From Candidatus Nomurabacteria bacterium (GTDB lineage: Bacteria; Patescibacteriota; Minisyncoccia; Phycocordibacterales; UBA918), in NCBI GenBank assembly GCA_023898585.1, contig CP060229.1:205388-245706 (forward strand): a DNA stretch of 40,319 nt, given 5' to 3'. A program made the translations under genes and the position numbers. Under the pieces are notes generated by a model. That model saw only the letters and a list, made by a program, of their open reading frames with translations, was not told the origin of the DNA and ran no database searches. This document shows, one piece after another, positions 1 through 9,250 of this stretch; position 1 is the first letter of the stretch, and every line of letters starts with the position of its first letter.

Positions 1-2
1 AA

Positions 3-92
3 GTCGAAAAGACCGACATCGAAAAAGCCGGCTCAATAGTAACTAAATTTGCCGACTATCAAAAAGACGGTCCATTTCGTCGACTAAAATAA
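3..92 (+). CDS. 3' end of an unidentified CDS entering the window (partial)
   Basis: Frame 3 is open from the window edge to TAA at 90-92 (..VEKTDIEKAGSIVTKFADYQKDGPFRRLK*). Hairpin terminators follow. Too short for a family call. Confidence 0.3.
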   Translation, partial: VEKTDIEKAGSIVTKFADYQKDGPFRRLK

Positions 93-122
93 AGAAACTA
101 AGGATCAAAAATCCTAGGAAAT

Positions 123-149
123 GCCCCGATGCACAATGTGCGTCGGGGC
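123..149 (+). terminator. Hairpin terminator after the partial + strand CDS
   Basis: gccccga..tcggggc stem followed by the T-rich tract tattatttt. Confidence 0.5.
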
Positions 150-185
150 TATTATTTTACTTTTCACATAGACAAGGCTAATCGG

Positions 186-226
186 GCACGAAAAATCCGG
201 CTTTTTATAAGCCGGATTTTTCGTGC
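186..226. terminator. Strong hairpin between the convergent partial CDS and rplE
   Basis: Perfect 16-18 bp stem gcacgaaaaatccggc / gccggatttttcgtgc followed by tttt. It lies 20 nt downstream of the rplE stop on the other strand. Confidence 0.7.
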
Positions 227-246
227 TTTTTCATTTATCTTGATAA

Positions 247-795
247 CTACTTCTTATCCTCTGCTTTTTGCAACGGCACCCCAATATGTCGCAATAGTAC
301 TTCCGCTTCTTTCTTGTCTTTGGCAGTCGTCACAATGGTGATTGACATACCAAACACATCTTTAATGTCTTCATCAGCAGTCTCCGGAAAGATGGTGTGT
401 TCTTTTATACCAAGAGTGTAATTGCCCATCTCGTCAATTGAGGTGGTTTTAAGACCACGAAAATCACGCGTCTGCGGAATGGCAATGTGAATAAGTTTAT
501 TTAGAAAATCTATCATCCTCTGTCCTCTGAGCGTAGCCTGATAGCCAACCACATCACCCTCGCGTAGTTTGAAAGCTGCGATTGATTGCCTAGCCTGTCG
601 GGGTGCCGCTTTTTGACCGGTAATTCTGGCGAGTCGGTCTTGAATCAAAGCGATTTTAGCTTTGTCATCTACTCTACCTGTACCGACCGAAACCACAACC
701 TTCTCGACTGTCGGTGCTTCATTAACGTTACTGTATCCGAAATCTTTTTTTAAAGTCTCAAATACACTTGCCAATTGAGCCTGTACTGTTTCCAT
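247..795 (-). CDS. rplE: 50S ribosomal protein L5
   Basis: 182 aa. The stretch ..AFKLREGDVVGYQATLRGQRMIDFLNKLIHIAIPQTRDFRGL.. is typical of uL5, and the gene sits after L24 in spc order. Confidence 0.95.
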   Translation of the reverse strand: METVQAQLASVFETLKKDFGYSNVNEAPTVEKVVVSVGTGRVDDKAKIALIQDRLARITGQKAAPRQARQSIAAFKLREGDVVGYQATLRGQRMIDFLNKLIHIAIPQTRDFRGLKTTSIDEMGNYTLGIKEHTIFPETADEDIKDVFGMSITIVTTAKDKKEAEVLLRHIGVPLQKAEDKK

Positions 796-823
796 ACTCT
801 AACTAGTTAGTGTTTTTATTAAA

Positions 824-1135
824 TTAAATCTTCTTTCCACTTGGTCTCGCGACACGAATTTTTTTCTTTTTATCACCCTCACCCTCGATTGTAAAACCGG
901 CACGAACAGCCTTGTTTCCTTCCATCAGTGATACGTTGGAAACGTGTATCGGCATGCTTTTCTCAATAATTTGGCCTTGGGAACGAGTTCTTTTATTTTT
1001 TTGGTGTCGTTTTACCTCATTAATTCCTTCAATAATAACCTGATTGGTTTTTCTCAGCGCAGTAAGAACAGAACCGGTCTTGCCTTTATCTTTACCGGCA
1101 ATTACTTTGACTGTGTCACCTTTTCGAATTTTCAT
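824..1135 (-). CDS. rplX: 50S ribosomal protein L24
   Basis: The N-terminus MKIRKGDTVKVIAGKDKGKTG is the KOW motif of uL24. Position is between L14 and L5. Confidence 0.95.
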   Translation of the reverse strand: MKIRKGDTVKVIAGKDKGKTGSVLTALRKTNQVIIEGINEVKRHQKNKRTRSQGQIIEKSMPIHVSNVSLMEGNKAVRAGFTIEGEGDKKKKIRVARPSGKKI

Positions 1136-1147
1136 ACGCTATTTTGA

Positions 1148-1519
1148 TTACACGACTTCCGGCGCGAGACTGACAATTTTTTGGTAACCAGCTTCCGACA
1201 ACTCTCTCGGAATCGGACCAAACACACGGTTAGCGCGAGGTTCTTTTTTAACTTTGTCGACAAGGACAACCGCGTTGTCGTCAAAGCTTACGTAAGAACC
1301 ATCCTTGCGACGAAACGGTTTTCGTTGTCGCACCACCACGCCGTAGACGACTTCCTTTCGCTTTACTTGTTTTCGTGGCTCCGCGGTTTGTACCGCAAGG
1401 ACAACGATCTCTCCGAGCTCGGCATAACGCTTCTTTGAACCACCAAGCACCTTAAAAACTCGGCCTATTTTAGCTCCTGAGTTATCGGTAATTTTCACGA
1501 TTGTTTGTGGCTGAATCAT
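1148..1519 (-). CDS. rplN: 50S ribosomal protein L14
   Basis: 123 aa, starting MIQPQT..DNSGAK, a canonical uL14 start. Operon position fits. Confidence 0.96.
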   Translation of the reverse strand: MIQPQTIVKITDNSGAKIGRVFKVLGGSKKRYAELGEIVVLAVQTAEPRKQVKRKEVVYGVVVRQRKPFRRKDGSYVSFDDNAVVLVDKVKKEPRANRVFGPIPRELSEAGYQKIVSLAPEVV

Positions 1520-1520
1520 A

Positions 1521-1775
1521 TTATTTTGTGATTACAAGCTCAAAAGACTTTCGTTTTGAGATTGGGCGGACTTCCTTAATTTCGACCGTTTCACCGACTT
1601 TTGCAGTGTTTCCTTTGTCGTGCACCAAGAATTTCTTCGTTCGACGTAGGAATTTCTTGTACTTTGGATGCTTCACGTATCGCTCAACAGCGACCGTGCA
1701 AGTGTCAGTCATTTTTGATGACACAACTTTCCCGCGAAGCACACGACCATTATTGGTTTTCTCTGTAGTACTCAT
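1521..1775 (-). CDS. rpsQ: 30S ribosomal protein S17
   Basis: 84 aa. [27 protein letters not shown] is the uS17 pattern. Operon position fits. Confidence 0.95.
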   Translation of the reverse strand: MSTTEKTNNGRVLRGKVVSSKMTDTCTVAVERYVKHPKYKKFLRRTKKFLVHDKGNTAKVGETVEIKEVRPISKRKSFELVITK

Positions 1776-1787
1776 AACTATTATTCT

Positions 1788-1988
1788 TTATTTGGTTTCT
1801 TGATTACGTCGTCGGGCTGTTAACTCGGTAAAAGAACGGGCGATTTCAAGTTTTGCGTTTTTAATAACGCTGGCTTTACGACTGAATTTATCTTTGAAGC
1901 GTTCTTGTCGCACCGTCTCGCGCGCACTCCGGACCAAGTCGGTCAACTCAGCATCAGATTTTTTCTTTATATCTTGCATGTTTGTCAT
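1788..1988 (-). CDS. rpmC: 50S ribosomal protein L29
   Basis: 66 aa helical basic protein located between L16 and S17. Confidence 0.9.
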   Translation of the reverse strand: MTNMQDIKKKSDAELTDLVRSARETVRQERFKDKFSRKASVIKNAKLEIARSFTELTARRRNQETK

Positions 1989-2024
1989 AGGTGATATTTT
2001 TTATTGCTCACGATACAAGAGTGA

Positions 2025-2459
2025 CTAAACTCTAGTGTCTTCACGAGACACAAACTTAGCTTGTAATGGTAGTTTGGCTGTAGCTTTTCGAAAAGCCTCT
2101 CTCGCCACTTCTTCTGATACACCATCAATTTCGAACAGTATTCGACCGGGACGAACTTCGAAAACAAAATGGTCTGGGTCACCCTTTCCTTTACCCATCG
2201 GTACTTCAGCCGCTTTTTCGGTTACCGGTCGGTCGGGAAAGATACGAATCCAAGACTTACCTGTCTTACCCATAGTTCGAGAAATAACCCGACGAGCTGC
2301 CTCGATCTGATTTGAACGCACACGTGAGGCCGAAGTCGCTTTAAGACCATACTCCCCGTAAGAGACCGTGATGCCTCTGGTGTCAGGACGATTCAGTCTT
2401 TCCTCGCTTTTACGACTGGTTTGCCACTTGCGGTGTTTTACTTTTTTTGGAAATAACAT
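2025..2459 (-). CDS. rplP: 50S ribosomal protein L16
   Basis: 144 aa, starting MLFPKKVKHRKWQ..; the stretch RMGKGKG-like VPMGKGKGDPDHFV is the uL16 signature. Confidence 0.96.
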   Translation of the reverse strand: MLFPKKVKHRKWQTSRKSEERLNRPDTRGITVSYGEYGLKATSASRVRSNQIEAARRVISRTMGKTGKSWIRIFPDRPVTEKAAEVPMGKGKGDPDHFVFEVRPGRILFEIDGVSEEVAREAFRKATAKLPLQAKFVSREDTRV

Positions 2460-2470
2460 AAATGAATTAT

Positions 2471-3172
2471 TTACCTGCTAGTACGAGCTTCCATGTCTTG
2501 CTGACCGGCTTTACGGTCGGTGAAGACTTCCCCTCGATAAATCCACACTTTTATACCAACAGCTCCGTATGGCAGTCGCGCTGTCACTCGTGCAAAGTCG
2601 ATATTGGCTCGAAGAGTCTGCAACGGCACTTGACCTTTTTTCAACTCTTCTTTACGAGCCATGTCAGCTCCACCAAGACGACCGGAGAGTGTGATGCGAA
2701 CTCCTTCCACGTCTCGATTAGCCATGACCTTCTCAGCAGTTTGCTTCATCACACGTCGGAAAGTCATGCGTTTTTCCAGCCCTTCAGAAATCATTTGTCC
2801 GACAATACGGGCTGATGATTCCGGTGAACGGACTTCTTCAATATCGATTTTCAACTCCGGCTTGTCGGTGAGTTTCTGCTTGCGCAAGAACAAATCAATA
2901 TCTTTTTTCAACTTGTTGATACCTTCTCCACTACGCCCTATGACCAGGCCGGGTCGTGAAGTTTTGATAATGATTCTAATATCTTTTTCGCTTCTTTCTA
3001 TTTCCGTTGCGTCAATCGACATTCCCTTAAGACGCTTATCAAGCATCCGGCGAAGAGAAGCGTCGACACGGAGATATTCGCGAAACTTCTGCGGATTCAT
3101 GGTAAACCAGCGACTTTTCCAATCGCGGTTCACTCCGATCCTCTGTATATATGGATGTGCTACGTGTGTCAT
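2471..3172 (-). CDS. rpsC: 30S ribosomal protein S3
   Basis: 233 aa with KH-domain and uS3 C-terminal patterns (..IIKTSRPGLVIGRSGEGINKLK.., ..GRLGGADMAR..). Confidence 0.96.
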   Translation of the reverse strand: MTHVAHPYIQRIGVNRDWKSRWFTMNPQKFREYLRVDASLRRMLDKRLKGMSIDATEIERSEKDIRIIIKTSRPGLVIGRSGEGINKLKKDIDLFLRKQKLTDKPELKIDIEEVRSPESSARIVGQMISEGLEKRMTFRRVMKQTAEKVMANRDVEGVRITLSGRLGGADMARKEELKKGQVPLQTLRANIDFARVTARLPYGAVGIKVWIYRGEVFTDRKAGQQDMEARTSR

Positions 3173-3174
3173 AT

Positions 3175-3504
3175 CTATTTTTTCTTCTCGCCTAGCTCAA
3201 CAGAGATGTGGCTGTTACGTTTGTTAATTCGAGATGCAGATCCACGAGCTCGTGGCATAGACCTTTTTAAAGTCACTCCCTTGTTGACAGCAACCGCTTT
3301 AACAAAGAGTTTTTCTACATCCTTTCCTTGATTTTTGGCGTTAGCAATTGCAGACTCAATCACTTTAGCAAATGGTCCGGCTGCACGCTTATCGACAAAT
3401 TGCAGAGAAGTCAGAGCGCTGGTTGCGCTTTTTCCTCGTACCAAGTCAGCCAAAAGACGAACCTTACGGGGTGACTGGCGATAGTTTTTTAGAAATGCTT
3501 TCAT
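3175..3504 (-). CDS. rplV: 50S ribosomal protein L22
   Basis: 109 aa. ..RQSPRKVRLLADLVRGK.. is the uL22 pattern. Operon position fits. Confidence 0.95.
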   Translation of the reverse strand: MKAFLKNYRQSPRKVRLLADLVRGKSATSALTSLQFVDKRAAGPFAKVIESAIANAKNQGKDVEKLFVKAVAVNKGVTLKRSMPRARGSASRINKRNSHISVELGEKKK

Positions 3505-3509
3505 ACCAA

Positions 3510-3842
3510 TTATTTACTTGCGGTCTTAGCGGCTTTGGCAGCTGAAATTTCAGCTTCCTTCTTCTTCTGCTCAAGTTCCTTCTGCATCTTACCTCCGTGT
3601 CGATGGAACTTTTTGGTTGGTGAGAATTCACCAAATTTGTGCCCCACCATTTCTTCGGCGACTAAGACTTCCAGATGACTTCGACCATTGTGAACACCAA
3701 ATTTAAACCCTACCATTTCCGGAGAAATGACAGAATTGCGAGCCCAGGTTTTGATAACACCACCCTCTCCGGGTTTTTTACCGGCGATCTTTTTGAGCAG
3801 TCTTTCGTCTACGTATGGTCCTTTATAGAGTGATCGTGACAT
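3510..3842 (-). CDS. rpsS: 30S ribosomal protein S19, with a Lys/Ala-rich C-terminal extension
   Basis: The start [19 protein letters not shown] is a canonical uS19 start. At 110 aa it is longer than the usual ~92 aa because of the tail ..[18 protein letters not shown]. Confidence 0.95.
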   Translation of the reverse strand: MSRSLYKGPYVDERLLKKIAGKKPGEGGVIKTWARNSVISPEMVGFKFGVHNGRSHLEVLVAEEMVGHKFGEFSPTKKFHRHGGKMQKELEQKKKEAEISAAKAAKTASK

Positions 3843-4269
3843 AATTAAGTGAGGAAAGGAGTGTGGTGTCTTGCGCTAAATCAGCATGTATTTTGATTTC
3901 ATCCGCTAAAATTTACTTGCGCAAACCAAAACACAACCTTACTTCATTTATTAAATTGTTACTAAATACCGCTTGTAGTTGGTAACTTTGTTCAAAAATA
4001 TATAACACTTTGAGCAAAATTACCGTCAGTGGCGGCTTGTGAACCTTCCTCCATAACCCGGTAACGGCCAGATACGGAGTTTGTTCACTACTTCGTTCTT
4101 TTTTCTTGCACTTCCTGCCAGGAAAGTGACTTGAGGTTGGAACTGCATGAGAATACTGGAAAACAGTCGTAAAGTCAACGCGCAGGTCTTTACATACATA
4201 TCATTTAGTGCTATAAACAATGTCAGTTGTTAACCCTTTTCGGGGTATTTTATTTAGAGGAGATAGTAA

Positions 4270-5013
4270 ATGAATAGTAAACGCTGTCTTGTTTTTGCCG
4301 CCCACGGAGACGATGAGACGAATGGGGTCGGTGGTACGATTCTGAAGTTGCGGGATTCGGGTTGGAGCGTGTTTATCGTATACGCGACTCTGCCGACAGA
4401 CCCGAGTCTCAATCACCGGAGAAAAAATGCCTGTCTTTCCGTCGGAAAAGCAACCGGCTCATGTGTGGATGTATGGGGTCTGCCAGACGCCAGTCTTGAG
4501 GTCACTGAAATGACAAAGAAAATGACCCAGACCGTCTTCGATCAGGTAAAGCCTGATCTGGTGCTCGTGATGAACCCAATTGATGTTCACCCCGACCACC
4601 GAGCTATGGCAAGTCTGGCCATGGGACCGGCTTTGCAAAAAGGTGTTAACACCGAGCTTATGTTCTATGAACTCTGTGCTTCCGGCCGACACATCAACGC
4701 CGACCGGCCACAGACCATCGGGCACTATCCGACACATTTCGTCGATATTACCGACGAAATCGACCGTGCCGCAGAGCTTCAAATGCTTCACGACACTGAG
4801 GACCCGGAAGCAATGATTCGAGGTATGCGAAACGTCCACAGCAACCGAGCCAAAGAATATGGTCTCGGCGCAGGTGGATACATGGAAGCATTTATGCGCA
4901 TCACTCGGGTGGGACCAATACAACACGGACTGGGAGAAATATTCCTCGAAACTCCATACGTACTACCCCGCCCCATCGGAGTCGACTTTGATCCGGGGAC
5001 GATTGGGTTGTGA
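4270..5013 (+). CDS. PIG-L / LmbE family N-acetylglucosaminyl deacetylase-like protein
   Basis: The N-terminal AAHGDDETNGVGGT (AHxDDE-type motif) and the downstream HPDH motif are typical of PIG-L family zinc deacetylases. A strong SD, agaggag, precedes the ATG. Confidence 0.75.
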   Translation: MNSKRCLVFAAHGDDETNGVGGTILKLRDSGWSVFIVYATLPTDPSLNHRRKNACLSVGKATGSCVDVWGLPDASLEVTEMTKKMTQTVFDQVKPDLVLVMNPIDVHPDHRAMASLAMGPALQKGVNTELMFYELCASGRHINADRPQTIGHYPTHFVDITDEIDRAAELQMLHDTEDPEAMIRGMRNVHSNRAKEYGLGAGGYMEAFMRITRVGPIQHGLGEIFLETPYVLPRPIGVDFDPGTIGL

Positions 5014-5023
5014 TCCTTTAACC

Positions 5024-5055
5024 AAAGGCCGGGAGCGTTTGCGCTTCCGGCCTTT
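5024..5055 (+). terminator. Rho-independent terminator after the PIG-L gene
   Basis: 14 bp stem aaaggccgggagcg / cgcttccggccttt (one G-U pair) followed by a T-run. Confidence 0.75.
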
Positions 5056-5428
5056 CTTTTTTTATTTAATATAGTGACATAATCACCATAATGAACAAAT
5101 CAGCCAATGAAGAATGTGATGTGTCTCAGCATAAAAAACTACTGGGGGTAATCCTTGAAGGTGATATAAAATCGGCCCGTATTGCAAAAAACGTATGTCA
5201 ATTTATGTGTGAGAGATTTAAATACTCAAAATATAGCCCCCGCAAATCAAATCCCAGTCTTAAGAGCTAAAAAAGTCTTATTTATCAACACAGGTTAACT
5301 TAAAAATATCGAGTTTGTTTTGTGGTGGCTATACCTTACTATCGATATGCGCAAAGCCTTTACAAAAAATGCATTCGTAGTAAGTTTGATGCGGAATAAC
5401 TTGTTTCATTAAAAAAGGAGAAGATGTA

Positions 5429-6949
5429 ATGTCTCAACGGCAAAATGGCCATCGGCCGAAACGAAAGACCGTTTCTCAGTCTACAACAAGACAACAGGTA
5501 AATAATAACCTCAAAACAAAGCCAGGTGCTTCAATCGGAAAGCAGATACCGAGCATTCCAACCAGTTTACGTACGATCACCAAGCAAGCAGGTGACGTAA
5601 TAACCTACGTGTTTGATACAAACGTGTTGATGGAAGATGCTTCTTCGGTGTATAGGTTTAAAGAACATAACATCTACATACCAGAGACAGTACTAGAAGA
5701 GCTGGACAGAAACAAAAAAGGCGATCGGGAAGAAAACCGTCAGGTTCGTACTGTAAGCCGATTGTTTGATGAATTAATACGAGGCAACCGAGGACTTAAA
5801 GCATCCGAAGGTTTTCTTCTACCGGGCGGTGGGCGGTTGTTTCTGGGCGATGATATGTTCCCTCAAAAACCGGTTAAAGCTCTAAACACAAACAAACCCG
5901 ACAACAAGATCATCAACACTTGTTTAGCCTTGGCACAACAGAATAAACCGGTGGTACTGGTATCCAAGGATATTTTATGTCGTGTTAAAGCGTTTAAAGC
6001 AGGGGTCAATGCCGAGGACTACTTGCACGAGACAGCAACCAGCAGTGGTGATGACGAGCAAGTAAGAACAGGTGTCCATGAACTGCCGGATTCATTCTGG
6101 GAAGAAGTAGAGAGTAGTCTAAAGATTGAACATATTGAAGGCCGAAATCAGTACACTTTTTCGCACACTTATCTAAAGGGGGTTTTAAACAATGAATTCC
6201 TGATCATAGGAGAAAAATTTACACTTCAGATAACGAGAAAGTTGAGTTCTCAAAGGGTAATTGCGAGAGAGATGTCAGTCTATGTCAATAAACCAAGTGC
6301 TTGGAGAGTGTCCCCACGCACTCTAAGACAAGCCATAGCTCTTGAGCTTTTACTCGATCCGAACGTCGACTTTGTCAGCCTTTTGGGAAAAACCGGAAGT
6401 GGCAAAACCCTGCTCACTTTAGCAGCCGGGCTTGCTCAAACTTTCGACTCAAATCGATACCGAGAAATAATTTTCAGTCGACTAACGGTGCCGGTTGGTG
6501 AAGATATTGGCTTCCTCCCTGGAACCGAAGAGGAAAAAATGCACCCTTGGATGGGAGCATTGATGGATAATCTCGAGGTACTGACAAATACGGAGTTTGG
6601 GGAGTGGGGAAGATCAGCTACCGCAGATCTGATTCGTAAAAGGATTTCGATTCGCTCATTAAATTTCATGCGCGGTCGAACCTTCTTAAGTAAATTCATA
6701 GTACTTGACGAGGCACAAAACTTAACTCCCAAACAAACCAAGACCCTCATCACACGTGCAGGGCCTGGAACTAAAGTGGTGCTCTTGGGTAACACAGCTC
6801 AAATTGACACTCCCTATCTATCTGAGCACACCAACGGTTTAGTATACGTAATCAAGCGTTTAGGAGGAAATTACAGCCGATTGGGTCATGTTACTTTGGA
6901 TTCGGTCGAGAGGAGTTTGTTATCAGCTGTGGCGGAGGAATATCTGTAG
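5429..6949 (+). CDS. PhoH2-type protein (N-terminal PIN domain fused to a PhoH-like ATPase)
   Basis: YVFDTNVLMED.. is a PIN-like start. Walker A is GKTGSGKT, Walker B is IVLDEAQN, and the C-terminal region is PhoH-like. About 60 aa of basic, low-complexity N-terminal extension. Strong SD aaggag. Confidence 0.85.
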   Translation: MSQRQNGHRPKRKTVSQSTTRQQVNNNLKTKPGASIGKQIPSIPTSLRTITKQAGDVITYVFDTNVLMEDASSVYRFKEHNIYIPETVLEELDRNKKGDREENRQVRTVSRLFDELIRGNRGLKASEGFLLPGGGRLFLGDDMFPQKPVKALNTNKPDNKIINTCLALAQQNKPVVLVSKDILCRVKAFKAGVNAEDYLHETATSSGDDEQVRTGVHELPDSFWEEVESSLKIEHIEGRNQYTFSHTYLKGVLNNEFLIIGEKFTLQITRKLSSQRVIAREMSVYVNKPSAWRVSPRTLRQAIALELLLDPNVDFVSLLGKTGSGKTLLTLAAGLAQTFDSNRYREIIFSRLTVPVGEDIGFLPGTEEEKMHPWMGALMDNLEVLTNTEFGEWGRSATADLIRKRISIRSLNFMRGRTFLSKFIVLDEAQNLTPKQTKTLITRAGPGTKVVLLGNTAQIDTPYLSEHTNGLVYVIKRLGGNYSRLGHVTLDSVERSLLSAVAEEYL

Positions 6950-6971
6950 CTAACAAGTTGGTTCTTAAAGA

Positions 6972-6993
6972 CCGGAAGCGCTTACGCTTCCGG
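6972..6993 (+). terminator. Rho-independent terminator after phoH2
   Basis: ccggaagcg-ctta-cgcttccgg followed by ctttttt atttttt. Its 3' arm is nearly identical to that of the terminator at 5024-5055. Confidence 0.8.
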
Positions 6994-7022
6994 CTTTTTT
7001 ATTTTTTTGTTAGTCTATTTTT

Positions 7023-7340
7023 ATGTCGAAATTGCGCGGACGCAGTCACACAACCCTAACCGAAACCGCTGATTTGGTGGTGCGCGAACTGGAAAAGGTT
7101 GCTGGCATAAAAATGATTGCTCCCGGAGAAATACGCACCAACAAACGCAGTGCCAGCGGAAGATTCGTCACCGTCTCATTCACTCAAGCCGGCTTTGAAC
7201 TTTTGATCAGTGGACAAAGTTCACAAAAAGTGGCTATTCATACCGATAAGGACTCAAGATTAATAATTGCTGAGTTAAGAAATAGTAAAAAACTGCGTGA
7301 TTTTATTTTTAAAGAAAGAGTAAGAAAGCCGGGAGAATAA
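7023..7340 (+). CDS. Hypothetical protein (105 aa)
   Basis: Clean ORF between two terminators. No motif recognised. Confidence 0.55.
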   Translation: MSKLRGRSHTTLTETADLVVRELEKVAGIKMIAPGEIRTNKRSASGRFVTVSFTQAGFELLISGQSSQKVAIHTDKDSRLIIAELRNSKKLRDFIFKERVRKPGE

Positions 7341-7378
7341 AAAAGAACGGCTGGTCTAAATGGACCAGCCGTTCTTTT
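7341..7378. terminator. Bidirectional terminator between convergent genes
   Basis: 16 bp stem aaaagaacggctggtc / gaccagccgttctttt with A/T runs on both sides. Confidence 0.8.
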
Positions 7379-7395
7379 TTATCCTCCCTGACTCC

Positions 7396-8922
7396 TTACA
7401 ACTCATCGAGCGCATCCTCGATAGCTCTTTCCGCTTCTTCAACCAGATCCATAACCTCATCCCAATCCTCCTCATCAAAAGCATCTTCGGCATCTTTCAA
7501 AGCACTTTTCGCGTCCTTGAGATAATCATAAGCGTCGCCGACGTCATCTCCTTCATCATCCGCTTCTTCGACTTCATCCCGAGCGTCCTTATACTCATCC
7601 CACGCGTCGCTAAGCGCTTCCTCTGCGTCACTCTCGCCATCGCCAGAACCTCCGATAGCATCAAGTGCTTCTTCAATCAAATCCTCAGCGTCCTTAGCCA
7701 ACTTATTTGCTCCCTTGTAATCTTCTTCATCAATAGCAATGTCCGCTTTTTTAATCTTTCGTTCAGCGTCATTGAACAAATCCCAAGCGTCCTCAACTTC
7801 TTCGTCTTCATCTTCGGCATCTTGGATTTCCTCCTCTGCGTCATACAGTTTGTCTCTCACATCCTCCACGTAACTTTCGGCGTTTTTGTCAGAAACAATA
7901 TCTATTTCATCACGCGCGTCTTCCAATAACTCTTCAGCGTCCAAAGCGTCGCTGATAGCCTGTCTATAGACGCGCTTATCGTATGAATCGTTAGCATCAG
8001 ACAGTAAATCTATCGCTTCTTCTATCATATCTTCCGCGTCCCCTACATCCTCACCTTCATCTTCCGCTTCGTTAAACAAATCCTGCACTTCTTCCAAAAG
8101 ATCTTCAACGCTTCTCAGCGTATCTTTAGCCTTGCTTTCGTCGGTTTCTCCACCGGCGTCCTCAAACACATCGCCTGCGGAATCCAGAGCATCGTTAGCC
8201 GAATCAAGCGCGTCTTCGTAATCTTCATCAAAATAACTTTCCAAAGCGACGTAGAAATCACTACGAGCATCCGCAAGATCATCTTTTAATTTGGTTTGTT
8301 TCTTTTCATTTTCAAGATCGTCAATTTGCGCCTCAGCGTCTTTTATCATTTTAATTACATCTTTAAGAATAACTTCCACTTCCTCTCTGTTCTCATCATT
8401 TGCACTGGTTGACACTCCTGCCACTTGAGGTTTCGGTGTGGAAACCGTGTTCAATATAGTCGGTTTCGAATTCGTCTCTTTTAATCCTCCATCAACCTGA
8501 GCCTGTAAATCACTCAATATACTGAGCAGTCGGTCACGCTCCGTCTCAGCTACCGAGGCAATTGGGCCACCTGCAAGCTCCTTGTATTTTGCTTGTGACA
8601 CCGGTCCAAAAATGCCGACTGCGGGAGACACTCCATTGTCTTTCTGCCATTTTGCCACCGCTTCGCGGGTGAGTGAGCCGTATTTATCGGTTTCACTTCC
8701 GGGTGAACCTGGCCCTTCGGAGGTGAGTTTGTAGCCATTGGTGTTTAGATACTCTTGAAGACAACGCACACTTTCGTCGATCACTCCTATCTCTAGAGTC
8801 TTATCAAAAGCACAATCTGACTGAGCAAGGGATAAAGAAGGTAAGGCAAAAAGAGTAATTAGCACAAGGCTGATAAAGATGAGGTTTGTTCGAAATGATG
8901 CTGATGTGTTCATGAATAACAT
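7396..8922 (-). CDS. Secreted protein with a peptidoglycan-binding domain and a long hyper-acidic helical repeat region
   Basis: N-terminal signal peptide (..LFALPSLSLAQS). A PG_binding_1-like segment (..CLQEYLNTNGYKL..LTREAVAKWQKDNGV..). About 330 aa of D/E-rich repeats of the type DAxDLIEEAxDxL / DAWDxxxDA. Confidence 0.85.
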   Translation of the reverse strand: MLFMNTSASFRTNLIFISLVLITLFALPSLSLAQSDCAFDKTLEIGVIDESVRCLQEYLNTNGYKLTSEGPGSPGSETDKYGSLTREAVAKWQKDNGVSPAVGIFGPVSQAKYKELAGGPIASVAETERDRLLSILSDLQAQVDGGLKETNSKPTILNTVSTPKPQVAGVSTSANDENREEVEVILKDVIKMIKDAEAQIDDLENEKKQTKLKDDLADARSDFYVALESYFDEDYEDALDSANDALDSAGDVFEDAGGETDESKAKDTLRSVEDLLEEVQDLFNEAEDEGEDVGDAEDMIEEAIDLLSDANDSYDKRVYRQAISDALDAEELLEDARDEIDIVSDKNAESYVEDVRDKLYDAEEEIQDAEDEDEEVEDAWDLFNDAERKIKKADIAIDEEDYKGANKLAKDAEDLIEEALDAIGGSGDGESDAEEALSDAWDEYKDARDEVEEADDEGDDVGDAYDYLKDAKSALKDAEDAFDEEDWDEVMDLVEEAERAIEDALDEL

Positions 8923-9250
8923 AATAATTGTTTGGGTAATTTATGTTAATTGTATCACTTATTCACAAACCGTTCTCTTCTCCTTAGAAATAATATACTC
9001 TCGAGACACACCACGTCTTCGCATTCACTTCGTTTCTTGCGACATGACTCCGGTCGGGTAAACGATACGTAAAAGTCGCAGAAAAGTTTTTACCGTTTAC
9101 GTCACGAGTTACTAAGTGTTCTCACTAGCTTCGCTAGTTGCGAGCACTAAGTACTCGCGACCCCGCCTCGGCTTTTCTCGCGCTAGGAAGCGCGCTCGAA
9201 ATATGCCTGTGGCTCGGGAAACGGCACGTGTCTGACGCAGGTCAGACACT

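Noticed and set aside
4195-4225. ATTTAGTGCTATAAACA upstream of the PIG-L gene resembles the island motif
   Set aside because: The spacing is 2 nt shorter and two core positions differ, so I do not count it as a copy.
4026-4416. Two minus-strand ORFs (64 and 71 aa) in the rpsS-upstream spacer, and a possible SRP/4.5S-like RNA there
   Set aside because: The ORFs overlap the PIG-L gene start and promoter region and have implausible sequences. I reverse-complemented 4020-4190 and looked for the SRP helix-8 consensus (GGAA tetraloop with AGCAGC 3' side). I found only a loose GGAGGAAGG match, which is insufficient.
5091-5270. 59-codon + strand ORF (MNKSANEECDVSQHKKLLGV..) in the spacer between the PIG-L gene and phoH2
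   Set aside because: It has no SD although its neighbours in this insertion have strong ones. It has no recognisable motif or terminator of its own, so support is insufficient.
7360-7929. 189-aa + strand ORF overlapping the acidic-protein gene
   Set aside because: It is antisense to a D/E-repeat coding region and translates to a low-complexity I/F/L/S-rich sequence. This is a typical shadow ORF of GA-rich repeats, with no independent start signals.
9100-9160. Two extra ACTAAGT/ACTTAGT(G) occurrences that might be additional NrtR boxes
   Set aside because: They lack the TGT-N7-ACA geometry and the TACAC element. One 8-mer match per 40 kb on both strands is expected by chance.
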